A stretch of 64,000 nucleotides of DNA from the NCBI GenBank assembly GCA_963816155.1, contig CAWFJE010000009.1, positions 118,478 to 182,477 of the forward strand, in the 5' to 3' direction. Shown in pieces: positions 42,661 through 52,612 of the stretch (the stretch's first letter is position 1; the number at the start of each line of letters is the position of its first letter). Under the pieces are notes generated by a model that made no database searches, was not told the DNA's origin, and saw only the letters and a list, made by a program, of their open reading frames with translations. The stretch is from an uncultured Actinomycetes bacterium (lineage in GTDB: Bacteria; Actinomycetota; Thermoleophilia; RBG-16-64-13). The translations under genes were made by a program, and so were the position numbers.

Positions 42661-43542
42661 CTAGGCTGGCCGCGCTTGCAGGCGCTCGACCATGGTCCTG
42701 ATGTGGGCCGGTGAGGTTCCGCAGCAGCCGCCGACAAGACGGGCGCCCGCTTGGACGCACGCTTCCACGCCGGCGGCGAACTGCGCGGGCGACATGTCGA
42801 AGACGAGGGACTTCTCGGCCAGCCGGCCTTTGCCCGCATTGGGCTGCGCGATGATGGGGAGTGATGTCGCTGCACGCATCGTGGCGATTATCTCGGCCAT
42901 CTCCTCAGGGTCCAGGCTGCCGCAGTTGGCTCCAACGGCTGTCGCCCCCGCCTCGGCGAGCGCCTGCGCGCAGTCGTTAGCGGTGTTGCCCATGACGGTC
43001 CTGCCGCCGTTACCGACGGTGTTGAAGGCAATGGAGGCGATGATAGGGAGATCACTGGCCTCCTTGGCGGCCCGCATGGCACACACAGCCTCGCGTAGGT
43101 CGAACATGGTCTCGATGATGAGGCCGTCGGCGCCGCCCTCGGTGAGAAGAGCCGCCTGCTCCCTGATGGTTTCGTAGGCATCGTCCTCGGAGAGGGGACC
43201 GTAGGGTTTGAGCATCTTCCCCGTGGAACTGATGTCACCCAACACATACTGACCCTCACGCGCGGCCGCCTTGGCCAGTCTGGCTCCTGCCAGGTTCACC
43301 TCGCGAACGTCCACTCCGATGTTGTGCGATTCGAGGTTCACGCGGTTCATGGTGAGAGTGTTCGTGATGAGGAGATCGATGCCGCAGGCGGCGTACTCCT
43401 GGTGGATGGCGAGCACCGCGTCCGGATTGGTCACGCAGTTCTGGCCGCCCATCTCCAGGCCGGCCACGCCCAACTGGGTCCCCATGGCCCCGTCGAGAAA
43501 GATGATCTCGCGCTCGCTCTGCAGCAGATCCAACACGCTCAT
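42661..43542 (-). CDS. Homocysteine S-methyltransferase family protein (stand-alone Hcy-binding domain)
   Basis: DGAMGT, IETM, GANC, PNAG and GGCCGT motifs. Confidence 0.9.
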   Translation of the reverse strand: MSVLDLLQSEREIIFLDGAMGTQLGVAGLEMGGQNCVTNPDAVLAIHQEYAACGIDLLITNTLTMNRVNLESHNIGVDVREVNLAGARLAKAAAREGQYVLGDISSTGKMLKPYGPLSEDDAYETIREQAALLTEGGADGLIIETMFDLREAVCAMRAAKEASDLPIIASIAFNTVGNGGRTVMGNTANDCAQALAEAGATAVGANCGSLDPEEMAEIIATMRAATSLPIIAQPNAGKGRLAEKSLVFDMSPAQFAAGVEACVQAGARLVGGCCGTSPAHIRTMVERLQARPA

Positions 43543-43674
43543 GCCGACTCCATTCGTGATCGCCCCGCCACCGAGCGGCGACGCGGGCTACGTCGTCCCC
43601 CCAGTCTAGCCCTCGCTTCGTCTGCCATCCACCCCTGGTCGCTGTTCCCGGGCTGAACTCGCGGGCTCACGTGG

Positions 43675-43727
43675 CGGCTCCCGCGCGCCGGCTTCAGCGT
43701 GACGGCTCCCGCGCGCCGGCTCCCGCG
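43675..43727. repeat. Short GC-rich direct repeats
   Basis: CGGCTCCCGCGCGCCGGCT at 43675 and 43703, plus a partial third copy. Confidence 0.65.
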
Positions 43728-43735
43728 TGGCAGAG

Positions 43736-44770
43736 TCAGAGAGCGGTCTTCGAGAATAAGTAGTGGGCGACGAAGTAGGCTTGGCCTGAATCCAGCGCGA
43801 AGGTCTCCTCACAAGCCATGAAGAATATCCGCCAGCGCACGTACCAGAGGCGGGCGCGCTCGGGACCGTAGACGTTTTCGAGGAGGGGGAGCACTCGGTC
43901 GCGTTCATGCTCGAGGTTCTCTGCCCAACTGCAGAGGGTCGCGGCGTAGTGGCGACCGTCCACCTGCCAGCTCTGGATCAGACTCAGCTGTTCTTGGTAA
44001 CGGGGAAGATAGTCCCAGGAGGGCATCACGCCTCCCGTGAAGAAGTAGCGGCTCATCCACCCGCCGTCGCCGACATCGAAGGCGTAGAGATGCCTGCGGT
44101 GGCAGAAGACGTGCACGAACAAGCACCCCTCCGGCTTAAGCCAGGTCGCCAGCCGCTCCATGAGGACCTTGTGGTTGCGGACGTGTTCCAGCATCTCCAC
44201 TGACACTATGCGATCGAAGCGCTTCGCGGGGTCAAACTCCCCCACCTCGGCGGTCAGAACCTCCAGATTGGTCAGACCCGCGGCCTCGGCCCGTCGCTCG
44301 ATGAACTGCCGCTGGCTGTGTGAGTTGCTTACAGCGACCACACGGCTGCGTGGGTAGTGTTGCGCTATCCACAACGCCAACGATCCCCAGCCGCAGCCCA
44401 GATCGAGGATGTTCTGACCGTCTGCGAGGCCCGCGCGCTCGGCTGTGAGTCGGAGCATGGCCTCTTCGGCGTGGGCGAGGCTTGTCACCCCATCAGGCCA
44501 GTAGCAGCAGCTGTACTTGAGGCGCGGTCCCAATACCCACCGGAAGAAGTCCGCGGGTACCTCGTAGTGCTGCTCGTTGGCTTCATCAGCGTGGACCGTG
44601 AGAGGACCGGATTCGAACTCGCCCAACAGAGCCAGCTCTCGCTCGAGCTGCTGCTGGTCACCGAGCCGGTCGTATCCGCGTTGTACTCCCTTCACCCGAG
44701 TTCGGATGATGCGGCGTAGTACGGCGTCGGGAAGTAGTCGTGCCGAGAGGACTCTGTCTTCCAGGGTCAC
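43736..44770 (-). CDS. SAM-dependent methyltransferase, CMAS/cyclopropane-synthase (coclaurine N-MT-like) family
   Basis: ANEQHYEVP, LKYSCC, LDLGCGWGS, SVEMLEH and FFTGGVMPS motifs. Confidence 0.88.
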   Translation of the reverse strand: MTLEDRVLSARLLPDAVLRRIIRTRVKGVQRGYDRLGDQQQLERELALLGEFESGPLTVHADEANEQHYEVPADFFRWVLGPRLKYSCCYWPDGVTSLAHAEEAMLRLTAERAGLADGQNILDLGCGWGSLALWIAQHYPRSRVVAVSNSHSQRQFIERRAEAAGLTNLEVLTAEVGEFDPAKRFDRIVSVEMLEHVRNHKVLMERLATWLKPEGCLFVHVFCHRRHLYAFDVGDGGWMSRYFFTGGVMPSWDYLPRYQEQLSLIQSWQVDGRHYAATLCSWAENLEHERDRVLPLLENVYGPERARLWYVRWRIFFMACEETFALDSGQAYFVAHYLFSKTAL

Positions 44771-45615
44771 GACGTGCGCTGGACTGCCACGGCTACGGTC
44801 CCCAAGCCCGCATGCGTGGTGATGACGGCTCCCGCTTCCAGCACGGGGATGTCCTGGCCGCCCATGAGCCTCTGAAGGTGTTCCTGTACAACCCGAGCGG
44901 AGGCCGGAGCGTCGGCGTGCACAATGGCGACGTGCGCGGGCTCGCCCGCAGCGTAACGTGCCACCCGGTCGGCCACAGCGCGGAGTGCTCGCGAATAGCC
45001 GAGCCGAGCCCCGTCGGTGTGGACGCCACCCTCTTCATCGAAGACAATCAGAGGCTTCAGCTCGATCACACCGGCCAGGCGCGCCGTTCGGGCACTCAAG
45101 CGGCCGCCTCTGACTGCGGCGTCGAGCGAGGAGACCGCACCGTACACCCTGGTTCTCAGGACGGCGGCCTCAGTGGTCGCGACCACATCGTCCAGGGACT
45201 GCCCTGCCAGGATGGCTTCTCCCGCGGCTTGGACGACCAGGCCGAGACCGACGGACACCTGGCGTGAATCCACCACTCGCACTCGATCGGGGCCGAGCTC
45301 GCTGGCCACGGTCGCCGCGCTCTGCTCCGTGCCGGAGAGTTTGGCGGAGATGTGGACCGAGACCACGGCGTCGTGGTCCTCGAGGAGTGCCCTGTAGGTT
45401 GCGGCGAACTCGCCGGGGCTGGGCTGCGACGAACGCGCCATCTGACCGGCCTCGCGGAATCGGGCATAGAACTGAGTCGAGTCCACTTCCACACGGTCCA
45501 GGTAGCTGGTGTCGCCGAGCGAGACGTGGAGAGGCACAGTAGTCAGCCCGAGTCTCTCTTTGGTCGCTTCTGGTAGGTCGCAGGTCGAGTCGGTCACAAG
45601 GGCAATGCGTGTCAC
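44767..45615 (-). CDS. degV: DegV family fatty-acid-binding protein
   Basis: VTDSTCDL, SSQPSPG, HISAKLSGT, GGRL and HAGLG motifs. Confidence 0.9.
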   Translation of the reverse strand: MTRIALVTDSTCDLPEATKERLGLTTVPLHVSLGDTSYLDRVEVDSTQFYARFREAGQMARSSQPSPGEFAATYRALLEDHDAVVSVHISAKLSGTEQSAATVASELGPDRVRVVDSRQVSVGLGLVVQAAGEAILAGQSLDDVVATTEAAVLRTRVYGAVSSLDAAVRGGRLSARTARLAGVIELKPLIVFDEEGGVHTDGARLGYSRALRAVADRVARYAAGEPAHVAIVHADAPASARVVQEHLQRLMGGQDIPVLEAGAVITTHAGLGTVAVAVQRTS

Positions 45616-45778
45616 GTCGAATACTCCCCCTGGATGGCCATCACCGCACGGTACATAATGTTGTGAACTGAGTCTATCAACCGGATGCCATTATGGGACA
45701 CTTCGGGAACATCACCGGCGCCAGGTCGGTGCTAGGCGGGCCGGTCCGCCGGACGCGAGATATGCCCAGGAAGGACGA

Positions 45779-46553
45779 ATGGACTGCGCTCTCTATCAGC
45801 AAGGCCCCTTTCGTCTGGCGGCGGGGTCAGAGTTTCGGCCAGGTGGCCTGCCTCTCAGCGGTGAGTTGGCGCACTCGTGCGGTCTCGAGCAGGGCCACCG
45901 GGCGCTCGACTTGGGCTGCGGAGTGGGTTCGACGGCCTCATATCTCGCGCGTGAGTGGGGGCTGGAGGTCGTGGGGCTGGACGCCTCGCCGACGTTCATC
46001 ACGGAGGCTCAGACCCGGGATCCAGCCGTGGACTGGGTGGTCGGCCTGGCGAATGATCTCCCCTTCCCCGACGCGTGCTTCGACGTGGTCTTCTGCGAAT
46101 GCTTCCTTTCCGCCGCTCACCGCCCGGGTGAGGTACTGCGAGAGGTGCATCGCGTGCTTGCGCGCGGCGGCCGGCTGGCCGTCAGCGACATGTATCTTCG
46201 GGCTCCCGGCAAAGCATCTCCGTCCGCCTTGGCTCTACCCGCCACCTGCCTGAACGGCGCGACAGGGGTGGCTTCGACCCTGTCAATGCTTGACAGCTGT
46301 GGCTTTGCCCTCCAGCTCTGGCGCGACCGGTCCGAGAGCCTGAAGGGCCTGATGGCTTCGCTCATCATGGAGTATGGATCGGCGGCGGCCTTCTGGGAGG
46401 CGGCCGCGAGCGCGGACGATCTCCGCGGCCGCCGTCGACACGTCTGCGCTCGCGGAGGTGTGGTCGGCGGCCCGGCCCGGCTACTATCTGCTGGTCGCCG
46501 AGGCTCGCGCTTTGGCGGAGCCTCGGGTTTTCGCGGAGGCTGGGGTTGGCTGA
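45779..46553 (+). CDS. Class I SAM methyltransferase, DVU_1556-like (frameshift near 46430)
   Basis: RPGGL, LDLGCGVG and LPFPD..FDVVFCEC motifs; C-terminal ARPGYYLLVA in another frame ending at TGA 46553. Confidence 0.75.
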
Positions 46554-47964
46554 GATCCTTCGCTCCACGCAGAGTATGTGCCCGGTCTGTCTTGAAGTGG
46601 TCGGGGCCAAACTGGTCGCCGATGGCGAGCGCGTGCTGCTCCGCGCCGCCTGCCTCACCCATGGGGACTGGCAGACCCCCATCTGGAACGGACCACCGTC
46701 CTTCGAGTCATGGTCCGGGACCACCCCCTCTCCGCCTGTCCGCCATACCTGTACGGCGGTGATCGAGGTGACGCGCAGGTGCGACCTGGGCTGCCCGGTG
46801 TGTTTCGCGGAATCGTCGAGTCGGGTGGAGGGGGACGATCCCTCCTTGGCAGAACTGGAACGGATGCTCCACGCTCTCTACGCGTCGGAGGGCGAGGTGA
46901 ACGTGCAGTTGTCTGGGGGAGAGCCGACGAGTCGGGCGGATCTGCCGGTTGTCGTTGCTTCAGCCCGAGATGCCGGCTTCTCATTCGTCCAACTGAACAC
47001 GAACGGCCTGCGCCTGTCCGACGAGCCCGGATATGCGGACACACTGCGCGAAGCCGGTCTGTCCTCGGTGTTCCTGCAGTTCGACGGTGTCACCGATGGC
47101 GTCTACCAGGCGCTCCGTGGGCGGCCTCTGGCGGCAAAGAAGTTGCGCGCCGTCGAGCGCTGCGCCGAGGCGGGCCTGGCGGTGGTCCTCGTTCCCACCA
47201 TCGTGGCCGGCGTGAACGACGGCGAGATCGGCGATCTGGTCCGTTTCGCGGCCGAATGGCCCGGCGTCGTCCGCGGTCTGCACCTCCAACCCGTGAGCTA
47301 CTTCGGCCGCTATCCTCGCGACGGCCGGCCCCGGCTGACCCTGCCCGATCTCCTTCGCGCTCTCGAACGGCAGACCGGCGGGGAGGTGGCCGCGGCCGAC
47401 TTCGCCCCCAGTTGCTGCGAGCACCCGCGTTGCTCGTTCCGGGCCCGCTATTGGGTCCGCGACGGAGGGAGACTCGAACCTCTGCGCGCGGCTTCTTCGT
47501 GCTGCAGTTCTCCCGGCCGCGGGGAACCCGCGCGGCGGGCGGTGGCTGCGACCTCCCGCCAGTGGAGCCGTTCGGCGTCGGTCACACGTGAGTCCGGCGA
47601 CGCCGAGGATCGCGGTGCGACGGGACCAGCCAGGCCGGAGCCCACCAGGACGGACACCGCCCCGCCGGACCGCACCGCGCCGGACCCCACCGCGCCGGAC
47701 CCGGCCAGGACGGACTCCACCGCGCCGGGCCCCACCGAGCGGGCCCCTGATGAGCTCGACCGCCTACTCCAGGACGCCGATCGCATCCTTGCCATCTCTG
47801 GCATGCTCTTCCAAGACGCTTGGAGCATCGACTTGGAGAGGGTCGGTCGCTGCTGTGTCCAGGTCGTCACGGGGGAGCCGGACCACGGTGAGGGGGGCTT
47901 GGTTCCCTTCTGTCTGTGGAATCTGACCAGTGAGTCGGGCCGGAGACTGTACCCGCGGCGATGA
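46546..47964 (+). CDS. Radical SAM protein, TrsS-like
   Basis: SMCPVC, CDLGCPVC, QLSGGEPT, QLNTNG, QPVSYFGRY and FQDAW..DLER..RCC..VPFC motifs. Confidence 0.85.
   Translation: MAEILRSTQSMCPVCLEVVGAKLVADGERVLLRAACLTHGDWQTPIWNGPPSFESWSGTTPSPPVRHTCTAVIEVTRRCDLGCPVCFAESSSRVEGDDPSLAELERMLHALYASEGEVNVQLSGGEPTSRADLPVVVASARDAGFSFVQLNTNGLRLSDEPGYADTLREAGLSSVFLQFDGVTDGVYQALRGRPLAAKKLRAVERCAEAGLAVVLVPTIVAGVNDGEIGDLVRFAAEWPGVVRGLHLQPVSYFGRYPRDGRPRLTLPDLLRALERQTGGEVAAADFAPSCCEHPRCSFRARYWVRDGGRLEPLRAASSCCSSPGRGEPARRAVAATSRQWSRSASVTRESGDAEDRGATGPARPEPTRTDTAPPDRTAPDPTAPDPARTDSTAPGPTERAPDELDRLLQDADRILAISGMLFQDAWSIDLERVGRCCVQVVTGEPDHGEGGLVPFCLWNLTSESGRRLYPRR
47636..47740 (+). repeat. Degenerate 15-nt tandem repeat encoding TAPDP-like units inside the radical SAM gene
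   Basis: GCGCCGGACCCCACC-like units. Confidence 0.7.
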
Positions 47965-48040
47965 TCATCAGGGCGGGTACCACGGAGGCTCCCCATACCG
48001 GCGCCTCACGTCAGGACGCAACCGAGAACAGGGGTGTGAG

Positions 48041-48475
48041 ATGAACAAGAGCGAGCATGCGGTGGAGCAGTTCCAGAGCGGCATGAATTGCTCACAGGCG
48101 GTACTGGCCGAATACGCCGAAGAGCACGGCCTGCCGCCGGACATGGCTCTGCGGATAGCATCGGGCTTCGGTGGTGGCATGGGGCGTACGGGCGGAGCAT
48201 GCGGCGCGGTCACCGGCGCGGTCATGGCCATCGGCTTGGTGGAACAGGCCTCAGATCCCCGCGACCCTGTTGCCAGGGGCCGCATCCAGGAGACGGTGCA
48301 GTCGTTCCTGAAGGAGTTCGTCGCGCGCAACGGGTCGACGCAGTGCCGCGATCTGCTCGGCTGTGACATCAGCACCCCTCGGGGATACCAACTGGCCGCC
48401 GCCGAAGGCCTGTTCCGCACCAAGTGCGCCAAGTATGTCGAGGATGCCGTCGACATACTCGAGGATCTATTCTGA
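48041..48475 (+). CDS. C-GCAxxG-C-C family redox protein
   Basis: NCSQAV, GFGGGMG..GGACGAVTG, QCRDL and KCAKYV motifs. Confidence 0.9.
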   Translation: MNKSEHAVEQFQSGMNCSQAVLAEYAEEHGLPPDMALRIASGFGGGMGRTGGACGAVTGAVMAIGLVEQASDPRDPVARGRIQETVQSFLKEFVARNGSTQCRDLLGCDISTPRGYQLAAAEGLFRTKCAKYVEDAVDILEDLF

Positions 48476-48514
48476 TGGCCCTCGCGCCCGCGCGGCGGTA
48501 GACGGTCCCGGAGG

Positions 48515-49918
48515 ATGAGCGAGAAGACCCCTCTCGAGGCCTGGATCGTTCGCAAGATCGGCTGCTCCGAGCGGGCGTGTCTTGGTGACAGGCTGCGCGA
48601 CTACCAGCTGGAGCGGCTGAACGCGACTTTGGCCAGGGTCCGCGACGGGAGCCGCTTCTACCAAAGGAAGCTGGGAGCAGGGGGGGCCGCTCTGTCGACT
48701 CTGGAGGAACTCTCGCGCCTGCCCTTCACCGCGCCCGAGGACCTCAGGGCGGCGCCGAACGACTTTCTCTGCGTCCGTCCGGATGAGGTCAGCAGGATCG
48801 TCACCCTGCCCACATCGGGCACCACCGGCGCTCCCAAGCGCATCTTCTTCACAGAGGACGACCAAGAATTGACTCGAGACTTCTTCCACGTGGGTATGTC
48901 CACCCTCGTAGTCCCGGGCGACAGGGTGCTGATCCTGCTGCCGGGGAGCCTTCCGGGGAGTGTGGGCAGCTTGCTGAAGGAAGGCCTCGCCCGTATGGAC
49001 GTGGAAGGCATCGTGCACGGACCGGTGCGGGACGCGGCAGCAGCGCTCCAGGCGATGGAAGACGAGCGGGCCACCGCGCTGGTAGGCATCCCCGTGCAGG
49101 TGCTGAGACTAGCTCGGCTCAGCGCGAGACAAGGTCGTGCCCGGTCGGTAGCTCCGCGGAGCGTTCTCCTCAGTACCGACTATCTGCCCAGGGCGATAGT
49201 CCAGATCCTGGAAGACATCTGGGGCTGCGAGGCATACGACCACTACGGCAGCACGGAGATGGGACTCGGCGGTGGAGTCGACTGCGCGGCCAGAGGTGGA
49301 TACCACCTGCGCGAAGCCGACCTATTCTTCGAGATCGTGGACCCGGACTCGGGATGTCCGGTGGCCGAAGGCGAGTCGGGAGAGGTGGTCTTCACGACCC
49401 TGACCCGTAGCGCCATGCCCCTTGTCCGCTACCGCACCGGGGATATCAGTCGCTTCATCCCCGGTAGTTGCCCCTGTGGGACAGTGCTCAGGCGGATGGC
49501 GCACGTGGAGGAGCGCCTCGAAGCCGGAGTAGAACTTGGGGGGGGAAGAAGGCTGCGCCAGAGGGACTTTGATGAGGCTGTCTTCCCCCTCGACGGAGTC
49601 ACGGATTTCCGGGTGGAGTTTCTCGCCGACGCGGACCCTCGGAAGATCATTCTCCGCTTGGCAGGTCTCGACGAGCACTGGAAGCCAGACTCGCAAGCGG
49701 TCCGTCGCGTGCTCGCCACACTGGCGGCCCTTGGGGAGGAGATGCATGAGGGCGCGATGGTCGTGGAGGTTCACCCTTGGAGCGCGGCGGACGAGCACGG
49801 CCGCGACGTGGGCGCCTCCGTCGTCGGCAACACCGGCACAAGCAAGAGGAAGATAGTCCGCGTCGAGAGCGAGCCGCGGCAGGAGAGGCCGGCCCGCAGC
49901 GGATCATCTCGCGCATGA
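48515..49918 (+). CDS. Phenylacetate-CoA ligase-like AMP-dependent ligase (DVU_1553-like)
   Basis: TSGTTG.PKR, HYGSTEMGLGG and RYRTGD motifs. Confidence 0.85.
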   Translation: MSEKTPLEAWIVRKIGCSERACLGDRLRDYQLERLNATLARVRDGSRFYQRKLGAGGAALSTLEELSRLPFTAPEDLRAAPNDFLCVRPDEVSRIVTLPTSGTTGAPKRIFFTEDDQELTRDFFHVGMSTLVVPGDRVLILLPGSLPGSVGSLLKEGLARMDVEGIVHGPVRDAAAALQAMEDERATALVGIPVQVLRLARLSARQGRARSVAPRSVLLSTDYLPRAIVQILEDIWGCEAYDHYGSTEMGLGGGVDCAARGGYHLREADLFFEIVDPDSGCPVAEGESGEVVFTTLTRSAMPLVRYRTGDISRFIPGSCPCGTVLRRMAHVEERLEAGVELGGGRRLRQRDFDEAVFPLDGVTDFRVEFLADADPRKIILRLAGLDEHWKPDSQAVRRVLATLAALGEEMHEGAMVVEVHPWSAADEHGRDVGASVVGNTGTSKRKIVRVESEPRQERPARSGSSRA

Positions 49919-50010
49919 GGCTGCAACACAGACGGACTCGCGCTCTCGGCGGCGGAGGGCCCCTTCGTCAGCACTCGGGACCACCGCATGCCGCGAGGAC
50001 ATCGGTGTCC

Positions 50011-51705
50011 CTACGACTTCTCTGGGGTCACCCTCTCGTCGGTGGCCTCTGAGGTCCACTCCAGGGCTGCCGCGTAGGCGTCGTACAGAGACTCCCCGAC
50101 CTTGTCCGTACTCAGGAAGATGTTGCTGCGCGACACCGACTTCGTCATGCCGGCCCGCGCAAGCTGCTCCCGGACCAATGGATCTACTTCCGCCAGCCAG
50201 AGGCGGCTACCGTGCTGCCGCAGGTCCGAGGCATAGCGCTCGACCAACTGCATGAAGGTACTGCCGAGGTCGTCGCGGCCGCGCAGGCTGAGGATGACCA
50301 CAGCACGGTCCGTGTTCGCGTCCAGGTCCGGAAGTTGTTCCTCGAGGACCGGAGAAGCCGCGTAGAAGAGGCTTCCATAAGGTACGAGCACGGTCACGGT
50401 CCCTGGACCTATCAGTTCGGGCGCAGGGCGTTCGAGCGGAAGCGCCCCGGCCGTCAGGCCCCACTCTTTGACGGTGACGCGGTTAGATTGTCGGACCGCG
50501 AAAAGGATCACTGAGAGCCCCACGCCCACCAGGACCGCATACTGCAGGGGGATCGTGAGAACCAGTGCGAATGTGACCACCATCACCACCTGCTGGATGA
50601 AGCCGGTGCGCCATACGGCCTTTACCTTCGCCGGCTTCAGGATCCCAAAGCCCACGACTATGAGGAGCCCGGCGAGGGCGGGCATGGCTAGCCTGCCTAC
50701 GGCTCCCGAGAAGAGCAGAGTGACGATGGCGATCGTGATGCCCGCGAAGATGTTCGCGAAACGGCTTCTGGCTCCGCTGCTTACCACCAGTGCTGTGGCT
50801 GAGGCCGAGCCCCCTATGGGCATGCCCTGGAACAGCCCGGCCGCGAGGTTCGCAGTCCCCTGGCCGACAAAGTCCCTGGAAACATCCGGGTATGTCCCGT
50901 CGGGGTTGACGAAAGACTGGCTCACGCCCGCTCCCTGGATGAGACCGATGATGGTCAGAGAAAAAGCCGGCAGTATCAGGGTGGCCAATCCGGTGAGGTC
51001 CGGCAGGGCGGGTTTGGGGAGACCCTTGGTGATCTGGGCGATGTCATCAACGCGAGGGACCGTGTCCCAGCCGAAGAGCAAGGGCAGGAGCGACGCGACG
51101 ATTATGGCGACCACCATACCCAACCCGCGTAGCCTCGTCTTCTGAAGGACAAGGATGAGGATGACGGTCGTGAGACCAACCGCCAAGGTCTGAAGGTGGA
51201 CTTGGTCGAGGTTGAACAGCAGGTCTATCGCCCGGACTACTCTGTTGCCGTACTCGCTCGAGTATCCGGTGAAGTCCCCCAATTGGCCGAGGATGACGAG
51301 CACCCCGACCCCTTGCATGAAGCCCACCATCTCTGAATTGGGCACGAAGCGCATGAGCCTGCCCAGCTTGAGCAGGCCGGCGATCAACATGATGGCACCG
51401 GTGATGAGGGTCAGGGTGAAGAGTGTGCCCGGAGTCCCGGTGGCGATCGCGGGGACGCTGGCCACAACAAGTGCCATTGCGCTCGTGGTCTGGACGCTGA
51501 GGAACACCGAGCCGGAGAATATGGCGCCCACGGGCGTGCCCAGCATCACCGCATACAGCGCGTTCAGAGGGTTGACCCCGGCGAGGACCCCGGAGGCCAG
51601 AGCGTCGGGGACGCTCTCCACTCCGAGAACCACGCCCGCCACGGCATCCTGGCCGACCGTGCGGCGGCTGAAGGGGATGCGCTTGAGTATGCCGGGAGTC
51701 TTCAC
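50011..51705 (-). CDS. SulP/SLC26 anion transporter with STAS domain
   Basis: VPDALA..LAGVNP, GQG.ANL..GLFQGMP.GGS and GSLFYA motifs; AGGAG RBS before the GTG at 51705. Confidence 0.9.
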   Translation of the reverse strand: MKTPGILKRIPFSRRTVGQDAVAGVVLGVESVPDALASGVLAGVNPLNALYAVMLGTPVGAIFSGSVFLSVQTTSAMALVVASVPAIATGTPGTLFTLTLITGAIMLIAGLLKLGRLMRFVPNSEMVGFMQGVGVLVILGQLGDFTGYSSEYGNRVVRAIDLLFNLDQVHLQTLAVGLTTVILILVLQKTRLRGLGMVVAIIVASLLPLLFGWDTVPRVDDIAQITKGLPKPALPDLTGLATLILPAFSLTIIGLIQGAGVSQSFVNPDGTYPDVSRDFVGQGTANLAAGLFQGMPIGGSASATALVVSSGARSRFANIFAGITIAIVTLLFSGAVGRLAMPALAGLLIVVGFGILKPAKVKAVWRTGFIQQVVMVVTFALVLTIPLQYAVLVGVGLSVILFAVRQSNRVTVKEWGLTAGALPLERPAPELIGPGTVTVLVPYGSLFYAASPVLEEQLPDLDANTDRAVVILSLRGRDDLGSTFMQLVERYASDLRQHGSRLWLAEVDPLVREQLARAGMTKSVSRSNIFLSTDKVGESLYDAYAAALEWTSEATDERVTPEKS

Positions 51706-51718
51706 AGGCACTCTCCTG

Positions 51719-52438
51719 TCAGCCGGAGACGGAGCCAGCCATTTCCGAATCGGTCCGCTCCATCTTTTCGCGCCCACGGCGCGTCAGGCCCGCCAACAGA
51801 AGGTAGGTACTCACGAGGAAGACCCACGCGGGGAAGAGAAGGACCACCCAGAACGACTGCGAGAAGGCGAACAATAGCACCAGCGCAACGAGGATGGTGA
51901 CGTAGGCCAGCCATCGCGGCATCACCTTGGTGCGAAGCCACAAGAAGGCCTGGGAGAAGCAGAATATCGCGGCCATACGGAGGGCGTAGACGCTGAAGAT
52001 CTGGCGGATGATGTCACGTGCCAAGTAGTAGGAAGGGCTGCCGGCAAATCCCTCGGGGTTGCGGGCGTAGCTGGTGACCAAGGCCCCGGCGACCCCCGAG
52101 GCGACGAACACCATAGCCAGAAAGATGAGTCCGCTCCCCAAGAAGACCGTGGCGAAGAACTGATCCTCGAACCGACCCAAGCGGGCGCGCACCACAGCAA
52201 TGAACCACAAGAAGAACAGGCCGGCGAAGGGCATGAGGCCGATGGCGAAGTTGAACCGACCGGAGCTCTCGGCCAGCCACTCGCCGGTGTCCCTGCCCGC
52301 ACCCGAGACAGAGAGGTACAAGATCGAGACGCTGACCGCGAAGAGGATGGCGAACAGCAGGCCGGCGATAGCCGCCGAACGTGGGCTGCGCGCCCGACTG
52401 CTGGGGAGTATGTGGTCCTCGCGAGTCTCCTCAGCCAT
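51719..52438 (-). CDS. Integral membrane protein of unknown function
   Basis: About six TM helices; PRSAAIAG, PFAGLFFLWF and EDQFFATVFLGSG motifs. Confidence 0.8.
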   Translation of the reverse strand: MAEETREDHILPSSRARSPRSAAIAGLLFAILFAVSVSILYLSVSGAGRDTGEWLAESSGRFNFAIGLMPFAGLFFLWFIAVVRARLGRFEDQFFATVFLGSGLIFLAMVFVASGVAGALVTSYARNPEGFAGSPSYYLARDIIRQIFSVYALRMAAIFCFSQAFLWLRTKVMPRWLAYVTILVALVLLFAFSQSFWVVLLFPAWVFLVSTYLLLAGLTRRGREKMERTDSEMAGSVSG

Positions 52439-52612
52439 GCCCCCTCCATGCGTCAGTAGCTTGCTCACCACGATCTCTGAGGGGCCAGGAAGGCTTCCCT
52501 CCGTCGCTGTCGCGCCTCACTGTACCGCCGCAGTGGCGGTTTTTCTACTGCCGTGCCATGGCGATCTTCACCACTTGATCCAGGGAGATGGACGAACCCG
52601 GTCCCGAAGCAC

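Noticed and set aside
46546-47964. Selenocysteine in the TrsS-like protein
   Set aside because: The ORF is open with no in-frame TGA; the C-terminal CC is encoded TGC TGT
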